From contig MU271627.1 in assembly GCA_021432655.1 (NCBI GenBank), positions 1 through 37,999 of the forward strand: a stretch of DNA of 37,999 nucleotides. The letters are read 5' to 3'. Position 1 is the first letter of the stretch; the number at the start of each line of letters is the position of its first letter. The position numbers and the translations under genes were made by a program. Positions 1 through 12,574 of this stretch are shown here, in pieces. The notes beneath the pieces were generated by a model, which saw nothing but the letters and a program-made list of their open reading frames with translations, was not told the DNA's origin and ran no database searches. The stretch is from Atractiella rhizophila. Taxonomy: Eukaryota.

Positions 1-1762
1 TCCCTCCCTGATGTCGAGGACGAGGGAGCCGAAGGCGGCGTCGGGGAGGTTCCAGTTCCAGGTGTTTTTCCACGCTGGCTCTTCCGTGCTTCCTCCTGTT
101 CCGGGAACGGCGCCGGCGGAAGTGGTGGGTGGGGGTGGAACGCGGTTGGTTACTGCGAGGGCGTTTTGGAGGTAGACTTTTTGGGAATCGCTAGTGTCAC
201 AGTTAGCATTCGTTTTGCGGACAGCAATAAGCGAGTAGAACTTCTCTACCCTACAAGGATATAGAGACGCGTCCACCAACAAAAAAAAAGAGATGGAGAC
301 TTACTCAATAACGACCTCTACCTGTCCCCGAACGGTATCCCAAACCTCCCCAAAGCCCCTCCTACTCCCCTCCAACTTCGACCTAAACGTCTCCTGGTCC
401 CTCTGCACCGAAAACTCGTTATACGACACTCCGTACCTGAAGTGGAGGCCGGCGGAGATGGTGAGGTCGGCTTTGAGGGCGAGGGCGAGTTGGCAGATGA
501 GGCCTTCGCGGCCGGGGGAGGCGTGGGTGATGAGGAGACGGGTTTCTTGGGGGTCGTATACCTGTGCATTTCATGGAATCGTCAACATCACTCCTCCTCC
601 TCATATAGTCTCCTCTTAGACAGAGTGAAGAGAGAAGAGACGCACCCGTTGAGCGGTATCGACCATCTCTCCTAATTGCAACACAGTCGTCCACATCGTT
701 CCCGCACCACCAGCGATAGTAGCCGCTCCTTCTCCATTATCGAACAGTTTGTGTCCCACCACGGCACCTCCCAGACCGAACAGTCTCAGCTTGACGCCTC
801 CGATGACCAAGCAACGGGTGGTCGCCTCGTCCAAGACCGTCAAGTTGGGTATGGCATAAGCTGCGAGGGGTAGGTTGGATGAGTTTGGGAGGGGCGAGGG
901 GGGAGGGTTAGGGGAGAGGGAGTGGGAGGGAGAGGCGGAGGAGGAGACGGGGGCCATCCTGATCTTCTCCAGTATCGAGACGTCCTCACAGGCGCCCCAG
1001 ACGGTGTACACGGGCACGGCGAGCTTCAGCTCGCCGGAGAGGAGGAGGGGGAACTCGGAGAGCGGGAAGGGAGACTTGAAGGTGTAGGCGGAGGGTGGGT
1101 GGAGGAGCAGGGAACGCAGGTCGGTGCTGCTGGGGATGGTGGGAGAGGAGGAGTTGAGGAGTTGGGTTCGGTAGGCGGCGGGGAGGAGGTTGGAGTATTG
1201 GATCAGGTGGCGGAGCGTGCGCTCCGAGATTCGATCCAGCGAACTTTGGTCTGTCCAACCCAACCAACCAACGAAGATTTATAGGGGAAGGGAGAAGGAA
1301 GGGAGGAGACGAACCGTAGAAACCAAAGTCGCCGGAGTGGATGATGGCCTTGGCGTTGTGTTCCGCGGCCAGGTCGTTCAGCATCGAAATCTGGCCTGCA
1401 CCATCCATTCACACTTAGCCCTGCCTTTGCCATTGCCATAGAGGAGAGATGACTAACCGCGCACGTCGGCGACGCAAAGGATGCGGCCGCCTTCTGTGTC
1501 CTGCCATCGCATCACCGAACATCAGCACGTTTCTTGCGTTCTTCCTTATGAGGAACGAGTCCAGAGCATCACACAGTCCCCAAACCCGGTAGAGTATAGT
1601 ACTCGACATGTGACGCGCACAAATATACAGAAGAATGGAAAGAGAACTCACAATAACATCGACTCTGTTGTTGGGACCGTCGCCAGTGCCAGGCCCGCCG
1701 CCTCCAGTCGAAGCGGCGGAGAGGGCGCGTGTTGGAGCCTTGGGTGGAGGTGGGAGCGACAT
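1..1762 (-). CDS. DUF2433-type fungal metallophosphoesterase-like protein (3' end runs off the window)
   Basis: Exons 1762-1652, 1500-1458, 1395-1315, 1250-646, 561-305 and 190-<1 have GT-AG introns and splice in frame. Product includes RILCVADVRG, IIHSGDFGFY, VYTVWGACED, LLITHASPGREG, ADLTISAGLHFRYG and WNWNLPDAAFG, a calcineurin-like phosphoesterase motif layout. Confidence 0.8.
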
Positions 1763-2015
1763 GTTGTAGCTGCAGGGGTAAGGTTATCGAAGTGAGAAGT
1801 ATCGAGTAATTGCTACAGTGACTAGGCAGAGGAGACGGCTGAGAGTAAGGCTAATGCAGAGGGAAGGAAGGCGAAGGCGAGGTGGACGCCAGTTGCGAGA
1901 AAAAAGGTGGCAGCTAATAAGGTTTTCGGATCATTCCTCTCGCATTTTTCATATGCATCCTTCCCCTTCATGATGTTGATGAGGAATGCATGAATTTGTG
2001 GATGGAAGGATTTGC

Positions 2016-3760
2016 TCATGACTTGCAGTTCTCGAGTATCTCCCTCTCCCACTCCTCCCACTCGCCCTCCTTCTCAGCACACGCCTTCTCTCCCCTCTCC
2101 AGCCTCCCCAGCGCCTCCTCAAACACACTCCAAGGGATTGCCTTGAACAGCTTCTCCCCTTCCTTCTTCTCTGCCTCTCCATTTCCATCTCCATCTCCAC
2201 CTGTAAGCATTGGATCGAACTCCTTCGAAACGAATTCTCCCTGTCGAGTACGCGTGAGACGAACGACGTGAGCGGCTGATCCCAGTGCAATGCCAATGTC
2301 ACTATTTATTCTCTCAGATCAATGCAAGCTGGTGATGAGGAGGAGGAAGACGCACTGGATGAGCGAACGCACATACGTCCCACTCGACACTTCCATCATG
2401 ACCGTAAACGCAGGCGGCCTCCCTCCCACATCCTCCTCTTCAACACCACCAACATCCTCATCTCCAACCCCAACACCAACAGTTCCAACAGAGGCAGACT
2501 CCCCCTCCACCCCTGCAGCCTGAACGAGCTCCTCGACCCTCCTCATCTCCGCCCTCTCCTCCACGCTCAACCTCTTTTCCGGATACCCGTACGCGTGTTC
2601 CTCTCCTGGGTGGAAGGAAAGGAGCTCCAGAGAGTGCACGGTGCAGGGTCGCGCGTCGATTTTTTTGGGCAGGGGCGTGTTGGAGCGCGCGTATTCGTAT
2701 AAAGGCTTTCCATCCATTTTCAGCGCTGAATAGCTGTCCATCCACCAAAACACATCAACCCATAACATCAATACTCGAACCGTTCAACAGACTAGTGTGT
2801 TAGAAAATACGCACATGGGAGGCACCTGGGTTATGTTACCCCGGAAAGCGCTCAAGGCGTGTTCGACGCTAGAACGCGAGACGTGGTCCCACTTTTTGAA
2901 CGCGACCACGCGCCCGTCTGAGTCGTACGAGTCGGTGGAGCAGCCGAGCAGGCCCGTCGCGATGTAGGTCTGTCACTTTCGAGCTTGTCGTCAGCTTCAT
3001 CAACTCATGGAGGATGGAGGAAGGAAGAGGTTGGTGGTTGGTGTAATGATGTTGGCGGGTGGAAAGACCCACCTTGGTGCTGGAGAGGAATTTGGAGAGG
3101 TGTTTGGTTGAAGAGTTCGTGCCAATCACTAGTATAGCACCGTGGTGAGTAAGTTTCATGGATGATCAGGGAAGACCAGAGACTGTCTCAAGAGCTCGCG
3201 AACGAAGGGGAGCAAGAAGAAATGGATGGCTATATTGGGTACGTTGGAAAGGCAGCAGCGGTGTGCTCCGTGAAGCATACTAGCACAAAGAGGGGCTAGT
3301 CCTCAAGCAACCAATGACTGCAATGGCGTACAAAAGAGATTTGATGATAGTCATGCCGGATCTCTCTTTCCCTCCAATGCCTAAGAGACGTCTTCAACGA
3401 AGGCTAGCAGATGGTGATGAATGCCCTCCTTTCCAAGGTGAGGAACTGTCCCGCTCTGCAATCCAACGTCAAAGATTCAAACAGCAACTCACCGAGCACA
3501 CCATCAGCAAGGGGATCCAACGTCCCACCCTGCCCAATCTTGATTCGGCTATCCCTCTTCCTCCCCTTCTTCCACTTTCCCTTCTTCTTATCTCCCTTAC
3601 TACCTCCACTCTGCCCCTCCTCTCCTTGAGCGAATAATAAGGATTGCTGAAATAAAGGTTGGAGACGGTTGAGCAGGGTCATGGAGATTGAAGATGAGGG
3701 TTTGTGCAGCGCGAAGAGCGCGGATAGCGGTAGCTTTGGCGTTGGGCCCGTTGGTGGCAT
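2016..3760 (-). CDS. PUS4: tRNA pseudouridine(55) synthase, TruB/Pus4 family
   Basis: Exons 3760-3493, 3128-3073, 2969-2815, 2733-2356 and 2301-2016. Motifs KIGQGGTLDPLADGVL (catalytic Asp), [45 protein letters not shown] and LTRTRQG. Confidence 0.93.
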
Positions 3761-3867
3761 GCCTTTACCTTCCGCTATGTAGCCAGAATGAAGGAAGGGT
3801 GAGACTTGTCGTTTTGGCGGTCGGAAACGGATCCAAAGAAATGGCGATCGAAAATTTTCTGGATAAC
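3761..3867. promoter_or_regulatory. Putative bidirectional promoter between PUS4 and the NOP13-like gene
   Basis: Divergent start codons at 3760 (-) and 3868/3877 (+) are only ~107 bp apart. Confidence 0.5.
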
Positions 3868-6003
3868 ATGAAAACGATGTCCAGCGCTTCCTCTTCCTCG
3901 AGCAGTTCCTGTGCCTCTTCCAGATCGTCTTCACCGCTCCCTGAATCAGAACCACAACTTCCTTCAAACCGAAATGCGGATTCTAGTGTAGAGAGCAAAG
4001 TAGAGGAGGAGGAGGAGGATGAAGTAGATGTCCCAGTTCTGTCTCATGCTGCAGCTCGCAAAGCCAAAAAGGAAGCAAAGAAAGCGCTGAAATCTTCTTC
4101 TACCGCTGTTTCCACTTCCAAGGAGGAAGCGAAGAAGAAACCAACGAAGGAGAAGAAAGAGAAGAAGGGAAGTAAGGACGTCGTGCCGAGAGATAAGTTC
4201 CCGACAGTGTGGATTGGCAATCTGGCATTTTCGACGACGAGTGAGGATCTAAGGAAGTGGTTGGAGGGGAAGTGCGAGGAGCTGGTTGATGATTCGGAAG
4301 GTGGTGGAGATGCAGTTGAGGATGGAGCTCCGAAGGGAGGATGGGTGGTTAGTTTAAGGATGCCTAGAGGAGAGAGGGGGAATAAGGGGTAAGTTCATCT
4401 ATTGCTGATTTAGATGGGTTACCTTTCTGTGGGGAGATGTGTTTGTTAAATTTTGTGCATGAAATTGGAGAGGAGTGGTGGTCATTGAACCAGCGTGACC
4501 GTCCCCTCCGTCAACGAGGAATGTCATCGTCGACGTTTTCATCCTCCCCGTACTCTATTCATTTAAACATGGTATTTTAAAGCACATAATACAGCGGAAG
4601 TAACTATACTAGCCTTGGGAGCCTTCTGGATAACAACAAGCAATGCGCTTTCAAAAACTTCCATCGTTTAGAGTATCTCTCATTGCTGATGGAATTACCC
4701 GTATAGATTCGCTCACGCCTCCTTCAAAACAGCAGAAGCCCACGCCCTATGCCTCAAACTTTCAGAATCCACATTCCAAGGTCGACGCCTTCTGATCAAA
4801 GATGCGGAGAACTTCGAAGGTCGTCCAGACCCAAAGAAGGACGCCGTCAAGCGAGATTCAACACGACCAACGGCGGATGGGAATAAGAAAGTAAAGAAGG
4901 ATGCGCCGGCGAATGATCCCTCTCCTACCCTCTTCGTTGGAAACCTTGGGTTCGAGACGACGGTGCGTTGTTGCTCTGAGGCGCGTTTGTGACTGAGGAT
5001 GTGAATGCAGTCTGAAGAGCTGCAGTCGATGTTTGATCTGCACGCTGAGAAGGAAAAAGACGCCGGAATCCGAAAAGTGCGGATGATGACGTTTGAGGAT
5101 ACAGGAAAGTGCAAGGGGTTAGTTCCTCTAGTTCATCGTAGGATGCAGTTTGATCTTAAATGGTCGGATGAAGGTTCGCTTTTGTCGACTTCCATTCCAC
5201 AGACGGCGCGGCGAAGGCTCTCGCCAACCAGAAGAACTGGCTCCTAAAAAAAAAAAAAAAGGGAATAAGAAAGTAAAGAAGGATGCGCCGGCGAATGATC
5301 CCTCTCCTACCCTCTTCGTTGGAAACCTTGGGTTCGAGACGACGGTGCGTTGTTGATCCGAGATGTGGTAGCGGCTGAGGATGTGAATGTGAATGCAGTC
5401 TGAAGAGTTGCAGTCGATGTTTGATCTGCACGCTGAGAAGGCAAAAGACGCCGGAATCCGAAAGGTGCGGATGATGACGTTCGAGGATACAGGAAAGTGC
5501 AAGGGGTTAGTTCATCTAGTTCATCGTAGGATGCAGGTTGATCTTAATTGGTCGGATGAAGGTTCGCTTTTGTCGACTTTCATTCCACAGACGGCGCAGC
5601 GAAGGCTCTCGCCAACCAGAAGAACTGGCTCCTAACCGGTCGGAGGCTCAACTTACAATATGCTGGCGAGGATGCAGTTCGGAGAGGGAACCGAGCACCT
5701 AGAAAGCATGGGCGTGATACTCAGGAGGACGGTGAGCGGCCAGCGAAGAAGAGCAAGCGTGAGCATGAAGAATCGGGTCGGGGTGCACGCCGGATGGAAG
5801 CGAACCAGGATGGCGAAGCTGGACCTGCTAACGTTGGCGAGGCGATGGAGGTTCGAAGAGAGAAATCGACTGCCCGTAGGGCGACGAAGGGGGTGGAGAA
5901 ACGCAAGAAGCCAAAACCGACGCCTGGCTCCGCTCTTGCTTTGGCGAAGCGGGAGTCTTACGCCATTGTAGAAAGTCAAGGAAAAAAAGTGGTTTTTGAT
6001 TAA
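3868..6003 (+). CDS. NOP13: Nop13-like nucleolar protein with two RRM domains (RRM2 exons internally duplicated)
   Basis: Ser/Glu/Lys-rich N-terminus; RRM1 VWIGNLAFSTT...NKGFAHASF; RRM2 TLFVGNLGFETT...MMTFEDTGKCKGFAFVDF; C-terminus KPTPGSALALAKR...QGKKVVFD. Exons 3868-4388, 4707-4962, then 5011-5117 or 5399-5505, then 5562-6003. Confidence 0.85.
4879..5635 (+). repeat. Near-identical tandem duplication (4879-5247 and 5261-5635) joined by an A15 run (5246-5260)
   Basis: Both units run from GGGAATAAGAAAGTAAAG to AACTGGCTCCTAA. They differ by scattered substitutions, mostly intronic, and an extra TGTGAA in the second copy. Confidence 0.95.
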
Positions 6004-6054
6004 ATAGAGGTCGCGTTAATGATTATTTACACCTTGACAGACCAGACAAGTTCG

Positions 6055-7166
6055 TCAAGCATCAACGAGTACAACCTTTGCTGAAGAGCTGTAATAACCG
6101 CGACATTCGCTGCAGCCAGCAGGTTTGATACCACAATGCGTGCATTTCACCTTCACCGTTTTACCTGGTGGAATGGTTTCTCCCCAATGCGCTACGAGTC
6201 GTTCATTGATATTTTTTACTTCTTTCAACTGCTCTTGCCGATCGATCAAGATATTGCTCGAGAGGCGATGATAACATCCCGAAATCGATGCAAGTGGAAG
6301 TATTTGCTGGTATAAATAAGAGGGCGACTCTGTGACAGCCTTCTACTATTCCTTGTCAGTCACAGAGTGTGGGGAGAGGACGGTGACAAACCCAATTTGC
6401 TATTACATGCCGAAAAAGGATGTCGCGTACTTCCTTGAAGCGGATGGAGATGGCACCAAACAGCAAATCATAGGCAGCAACCGCCGTTAGATTCCTTGAC
6501 ACGGCATCCAGGGATCTGGAGCGCAGGTCTTCCATTTGGAGCTCTAAATAACTCTGTCTGTCATCCTCGAACGCCGAACGCATGTGAGAAACAACTCGTA
6601 CTATCTGCCAGCAAAAACATTTCCATAGGGTCGCAAACCTTTTTATCACCAACGGATTTCGTGTGCCAGTCCACGTAAGCGGCAATGAAATACTGCTCGT
6701 CGATGTCTTCAACAGGCTCCTCTTGATCCGGAGGATGTCTGTAAAGCTCAAGCGAGAAGACTGTCGTGAAATTGACTTTTCTACGCTATGGGTTATCAGG
6801 CTGAAAGGGTGCTGATGAAGAGCCAGAACACACTCTGTGTACATGTAGCGAATCATAGAGCTAAATGTGCGGTAGCTTGTGTCGTTCACTTCTACCACAG
6901 TTGGTTCGATGATGGTTCCCGTTCCTTCAGTAAAATCCGATTGAAACACTAGTCTTGACTTCAGTTATGTCCCTCACTGCAATTTAAGGGGACACAGTAC
7001 TGGTCACGAAATAATTGGATCGTTTTTGAAGGAAAGCTTTCGTAGCATAAATTTTGCCTTGGGGTCGCATGATATCTTTCGGAAAAGTGAAGACAACGTC
7101 AGAGTATTCAGGATTGTTGTAAAACACCTCGGCGTAGTGCTTGAGAAGTTGGTTATTGATGTCCAT
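6055..7166 (-). CDS. BTB/POZ-domain protein (5' end uncertain)
   Basis: Exons 7166-7001, 6948-6834, 6780-~6602, 6543-6392 and ~6345-6055. Sequence YSDVVFTF...IYATKAFLQKRSNYFVTMFQSDFTE...DTSYRTFSSMIRYMYT...EMFLLADKLQMEDLRSRSL matches the BTB pattern. C-terminal CTHC...CSEC. Confidence 0.8.
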
Positions 7167-8099
7167 GAGGTCGATTCCTGGCTGCGATCACACAGCGGAT
7201 TAGCTGAACCTGGACGCTTTGTGGCCTGAACGTAGATACCATCTAAGCTTGCTGTATTCCGACGCTCAACAGCAAGGTGAAACTGGGAGATGACAACAAC
7301 GGTATTTCAGGACAAACTGTCACTAGTTTGCTATTTACTATTCGGACAAATCTATAGACACGCATCAGCAGTAACCATACAGGGTGTAAGAGTTCGCTAC
7401 CACTAATATCAAAGGTCACTCTTCCTCAAGTGGGTTTGCCTAACGTGTGCCCTCCACATGCAACTCCACGCCAGCGTTCCCAGCGAGCAACGGTAAATGG
7501 GGAAGGTGACAGTGCAAAGACAAAGTTTCTTCGAGATTGAGACAAGGAATCGGATTTGAAATTGACTCCTCATTTGTTTGTGTACAGTTTGGAGGCATTG
7601 TTGCAAGAAATTTGGCGTGCAGGTGCAACGTTGGCTAGTGCGAGTTGATCTCAGCAGCGAAAATCGATTTCCATCTTCTTCACTTGGGAAGACCGAAAGC
7701 GACATTGTTTCCCTTTCAAGCCACAGGGTTAAAGAACTTGAAAGTCGAACAACATATCATGTCCCTTCAACGGTAATCGAAGTCCGCAATAGATTTAATT
7801 TTTTTTGTAGATATGTAGAATTCTTGCCAGGGGCTTAGTTTATGGCATAAAGGATCCTAATTTGAAGGTGACAGCAACAAAGTTGAAACGGCGCATTGTT
7901 GATCCTAGAAATCACAGTTCACTCAAGAGGGAATTCAAAGAGGCATGAGCTTACAACTGGGGATCGAATCTTCTGCCGTGTGCTCGGGAAGACTAGGTCG
8001 TTGTGACCAATATCTTACAACTACTCATTCTTTTCGGTTTTCTTCAATTCTAGCAGAGTGACTGATTTGATTTCCTCTCGCCCCCTCGCTGGTGCAGTT

Positions 8100-8860
8100 A
8101 CGATATTTTCATCTGTTGGGGAACGAGAGAATCGTATACGTGCTTTTTGACCCTCCCAGGTACACATTTCGTAGTTCCACATCGCGATGAAGAACACTGC
8201 ACGCGTGACTTTTTGATCGCGGCTACGAGACCGAACCTATCGCGATGAAGAACACTGCACGCGTGACTTTTTGATCGCGGCTACGAGACCGAACCTATGA
8301 TATCTAGCTGATTCATTTTGGAAGGACTTTGGGCAGGGACGTCCTTTTTCAGCGCAACATCCTTCACATCCGGATGTCGTGATGCCCCTTCCAAAAGTCC
8401 ATCACAATCGATCCCCTACCTTCACCGTACTTGTGAATGACGTATATCTTTGGCACGACGTCTCCCTGATGACGCTCCAGAAGGCGATATGCCGTGGTTT
8501 CCCGTTCAAAATGGTCTTGTCTCTTCTCCTGAAAGTATTTGACAGCGACTCGCAAGTAACGTCTTTCCCCATCGACAATATGTATAGATTGTTCCAGCCC
8601 ACTCCAGCAGCGAGGAATGACAAGTTTGGTAGCGTAAGCACCAGGCGCCTTGTCCGACAATCTCCGAGCTGATAAATGGCGATATGAGTAGGTCTATGTT
8701 GAAATACGTTTCGAAACGAGCTAGGAGGAAGGAGCTGGAGCGGAGGAAGAGCAATTATATGCGGAAGGGGCGGAAACGGCCTGCACTCGAGAATGTACGC
8801 GCTTTCATCTGGGAAATATGCCAATGAGATGAGGGGTAGGAATATTTGCCTTTGGAACTC
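8100..8860 (-). pseudogene. Protein-kinase-like pseudogene
   Basis: Kinase subdomains appear in order but in different frames: IVGQGAW (Gly loop), VAVKY, FERE, VVPKIY...SIVMDF, and VLHRDVELRNV (catalytic loop, ~8165-8197). Frameshifts and a 58-bp duplication interrupt it. Boundaries approximate. Confidence 0.7.
8181..8296. repeat. Perfect 58-bp tandem duplication
   Basis: ATCGCGATGAAGAACACTGCACGCGTGACTTTTTGATCGCGGCTACGAGACCGAACCT occurs at 8181-8238 and 8239-8296. Confidence 0.97.
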
Positions 8861-9815
8861 ATCATGCTGATGAGCGGCTACGCATCTTCCCTTTAACGAA
8901 ATTGCGTGCTCTGTAATCTCCCCGTCAATTCTTGAACGACCTAAAGGGAAATCATCAATGTCCCAACTACAAATGCTCTTCTACTTGATTGGTTCGAAGC
9001 ATTTGTTATTTAAGCTAGAGCTTTTTTAATTATTGCAAATAATCAGCCTCTTTATTTACTGCTAACTTCAAGTTGAGGAATTACTGGCAAACATTGGTTT
9101 GCCTTAGCCCATTGCTACTATCGTAAGTTTATAAGCACCCAAGCTATATTCAACACAAGATGAAAGGGCCCTACGAGTTAGACAGGAGCATGTGTTCCTC
9201 AGTAACCAGCAACTGCTCATCACTGTATCCACTGGATTCTCTTGCCATCTTGTTCTTCTTCTAAACTCATCCTATGATTAAGCGGCAGAGTTGATAAATA
9301 TTGCAAATATGAATGATGCGCGTTAGAGTGAGAGAAAACGCGTGAACTTGCATGAATCTTTCCGGAAGAGTATACATGCAGCAGAATGAACAACATTATA
9401 CTGAGACGATATTAGTGCAGTCAAGGTGCAGTGTAAGCGAACAGGTATAAGAAGAGAACATGCATGCAAAGTACTGAAGTCGAAGTCGTGAATTGTGAGA
9501 TGGACTTGGGAACTTGCGCACGAATACTTGAACGACAGATCTAAGAAAAGCGTGAAAGACTAACCCGTTCCTGTCGACACAGATGAGAAGGAAATTAAAT
9601 AGAGAGCCTATCAGTAAGAAGGAAAATTAACTGTGGAAACGGCAATGCGTCAGAAATCAAACAAAATGAGCCACTAATAACTGGTAAATGGGTGCGATTA
9701 TTAGTGCACGTACAAACTTTTTTTTTAGTCTGGCATTACGGAAGAGGATAGTAACACAGTTATACTTGTTACTAACGGCCGTCCATGTGCATAGGAAGGG
9801 GTCGCTAAAGATATG

Positions 9816-11021
9816 TTATCTTCGTATCTGGCGAAGGCGCAACTCGCAAAACTGGACTAATTCGGGATACGTTTCGCGCGCGTCGCATCTTGTGCTGATC
9901 AAATGTTGCCTGTAACACGATGAGCTACTTCTACTCAGAGGTAGGAAGCAAAGCGTACATGGAAATGGTAGGACGCTTGAATGGATCTGCATTGGCGACA
10001 TTGAAAAATTTGAAGGCCATGGCATGTTGGCAGTTGCCTGTCGGTCACATCAGCACGACGAGGCTCTGTATATGTCATCATTACCAATCTGTAATAGCTG
10101 CCCTTTGAACCAGACTGACACAAACAGTGAATTGAGAACATGGCAGTGGCTAGCACTCACTATTCATATTATTCGACGGTGTACAAAGCCTTCCGTTGAG
10201 GAAGACATCCGCATACAAATGTGAGGAGAACTTAATTGTTATCGTGCTGGTTGGAGTCAACCTGCCTAGGTTACTACTATCAAAAAACTTCCTCCTTTCG
10301 ACGTCGTAGGTGACGATCAGATCCTTTTTCATGGGTTGGATACTGAGGATGCCACTAGGGAGAGTTAGCTGTGTTGGTCGACTGGCAGCGTCAAATGCAG
10401 GTGAGAGAGATGGAGGAGTCGAATACACTATAGGAGACAAGCCGGGGCTCGTTGAAGGACTCGTTGCTTCAAACGGAATATATGGGCGCTCCGCAACTGT
10501 ATGGATATTGATTACTTGTTGCTGACGATGAGTTGGTTGAATTGGTTGAGTGGAACGACCATGGTGCGAATGGGCAGATGGACCTATCTACAATGTTAGC
10601 CTCGTCCTTCTCTAAGGGGAGGTCTCACTATCATGAGGGAGAGTGTGCGGCGCTTGACAACTGCTTCCACAAACGGCAGAAAAAAATGAGAACCGATCGG
10701 AAGGGCTGACTCCAGCGACACCGCCATTATTATCTATTAGAGACTTGAGGGAAATGAGTACAGTATCTGAAAAACTCGTACACGTCACCGGTGAAGAATA
10801 ACAACTGGTTTGATCGGAATGGTCTTCATGGGTAGTCGTTTACCACATCAGCATGAATACTTCCATATTTATGAGGGTGAATACACACCTTGATAAAGCA
10901 TAACAGGGTTTGCGTGAACGGAGGCTGCACGAATCCGAGCCGCAATTGTCTCTGACTGCGCGCCGTCAAGCGTCGCAGACGTATTAGCAAAATAATAAGA
11001 GAATGGAGGAGGCTGCTGCAT
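9816..11021 (-). CDS. Hypothetical protein, paralog 1 of a Cys/His C-terminal-domain family
   Basis: Spliced C-terminus LYADVFLNGRLCTPSNNMNIWFKGQLLQIGNCQHAMAFKFFNVANADPFKRPTISMQHLISTRCDARETYPELVQFCELRLRQIRR*. Start placed at MQQPPPF by similarity to paralog 2 exon 1 (HANPVMLYQ vs HPNSFMHYH). Internal 5' exons not fully resolved. Confidence 0.6.
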
Positions 11022-12229
11022 GATTCAAGGAAAGTCTTGCGTTAGGGACGTGACGGGAGGGGACGAGGAATTTATATTTCATTCAAGCATCCCAGAGACG
11101 CGTAACAGTTCCACAACGCTGGCTGCCCTCCGAAACGTGAGACTTGCCGTCACAATTTGCCTAGGCTTTGGATAGGGTTACAAAATAATGCAAGTGATCG
11201 AAGTATGGTTCGTTGAGTGTGGCGGTAAACAGGCTTTGATAATGGCTGCCTGATCTGTGCGAGCAGCAACCTTGCGAACATTGTATTTGGATCCTGTCTT
11301 CGGATAGCATAGGGTTTATAGTTGGAGAGCGGAAAGAGCATCAAACGTTAGCATGGTCTGGACTATCTTCTTCCCCACAATTTATCAGCCCAGAGATCGA
11401 ACATTGCCCACTCCCGAGCGAAACAGAAGATTTCGACTAATTACGACTCCAAACTTTCGAGCGCGGAGTATATAGAACGCTCGCTAGTAGTTTCGTTTGT
11501 TAAGGTTGTCTACTAGTACAACCTCAGCAACAGCAGATGTTCAGGGTTCCACTCCGACGACGATTCTGAAGCCTCAAACCCTCAATGGCCCTGATTGGGA
11601 TCACTCCCACGTCCGTACCGCAGCCAGCAGAGCGGGTAACAGGCATAATTGAGGTTTAGAGAACAAAGAGGAACGACACTAACAGAGCTAATCTGGAGTT
11701 TGAGGATTTTCTCTCTTGTCACCTGTCAATATTGTTCCGCAGCTCCGCTCTTCCTCATACAACGGCGACAGAGTTGGGTAACGGAATTCTCAAACGATAG
11801 ACATCGACAGATAGGAAAGTCGGCGAATATCGTGACATTCGACGTAAACTCAGATAGAGTTGAAAATAAACGATAGGTGAGCTCAGGAAGAGTGACTGTT
11901 ATATGGTCTATTTTGCCCCGGGTCTTCCAAATACATCCGACACATCCCATCAGGATGCCTGAACCTCACTGAACCTAGCGGCAACTCATCACATATTTCT
12001 TATCACAAAGTGACACACCTTCAACCAACCAAATGTAATAATCCCGTATCATCTATCAATGCAAGACTCCCTTCCAATTAGATGACAATTCCTTCAGCCC
12101 AACTTCATCTGATATTCCCCTGTGTAATGCTCGTGCAATGAGCTGTTTCACGTGACTTGTGCCAACTCTATTCCACTTCTCCTTTTCCCTCCTTTTCCCT
12201 GTTGCAAACTTTCACCACGGCCATTTAAA

Positions 12230-12571
12230 TCAAACTTCTTGCACATCCCCTGATCGACGACGCTTCATCAAAGATGCTGAGAACTTTGAAGGCCCTCCCG
12301 ATCCGAAGAAGGAAGCTGTGAAGATGGATACGCCTCGAACTGCGGAAAGGAATAAGTAAAAGAGGGATCCACCCACGAATGGTCCCTCACCTACTCTCTT
12401 CGTTGGAAACCTTGGATTCGAGACAACGATATGGTGTTGCCTTGATATATAATTGTAGTTAACAACGTAAATGCAGTCGATGTTTGATTTACACGCTGAG
12501 AAGGAACAAGCCACCAGAATCCAAAAAGTGCGAATGATGACGCTCAAGGATACGGGAAATGCAAGGGGTTA
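12230..12571 (+). pseudogene. Decayed duplicate fragment of the NOP13-like gene (exons 2-3)
   Basis: Aligns to ~4754-5120 (IKDAENFEG.PDPKK; TLFVGNLGFETT). It retains the intron position but has small deletions, an in-frame TAA and no 5' or 3' exons. Confidence 0.88.
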
Positions 12572-12574
12572 AAT

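Noticed and set aside
293..2702. Numerous plus-strand and alternate-frame ORFs
   Set aside because: Shadow ORFs of the GC-rich minus-strand DUF2433-like and PUS4 exons.
5246..5260. Poly(A) tail of a retroposed insertion with target-site duplication
   Set aside because: The flanking repeats are ~370 bp and contain introns, and there is no element body. Tandem duplication or an assembly join fits better.
7167..7705. Additional 5' coding exons of the BTB gene
   Set aside because: Splice-like signals exist, but the candidate exon at ~7240-7351 has stops in every frame I tried, so no clean model could be built.
8181..8296. CRISPR-like repeats
   Set aside because: Only two adjacent identical units with no spacers, no cas genes, and a eukaryotic context.
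9000..9460. AT-rich stretch as a transposon remnant
   Set aside because: No terminal repeats, target-site duplication or transposase motif could be identified by eye.
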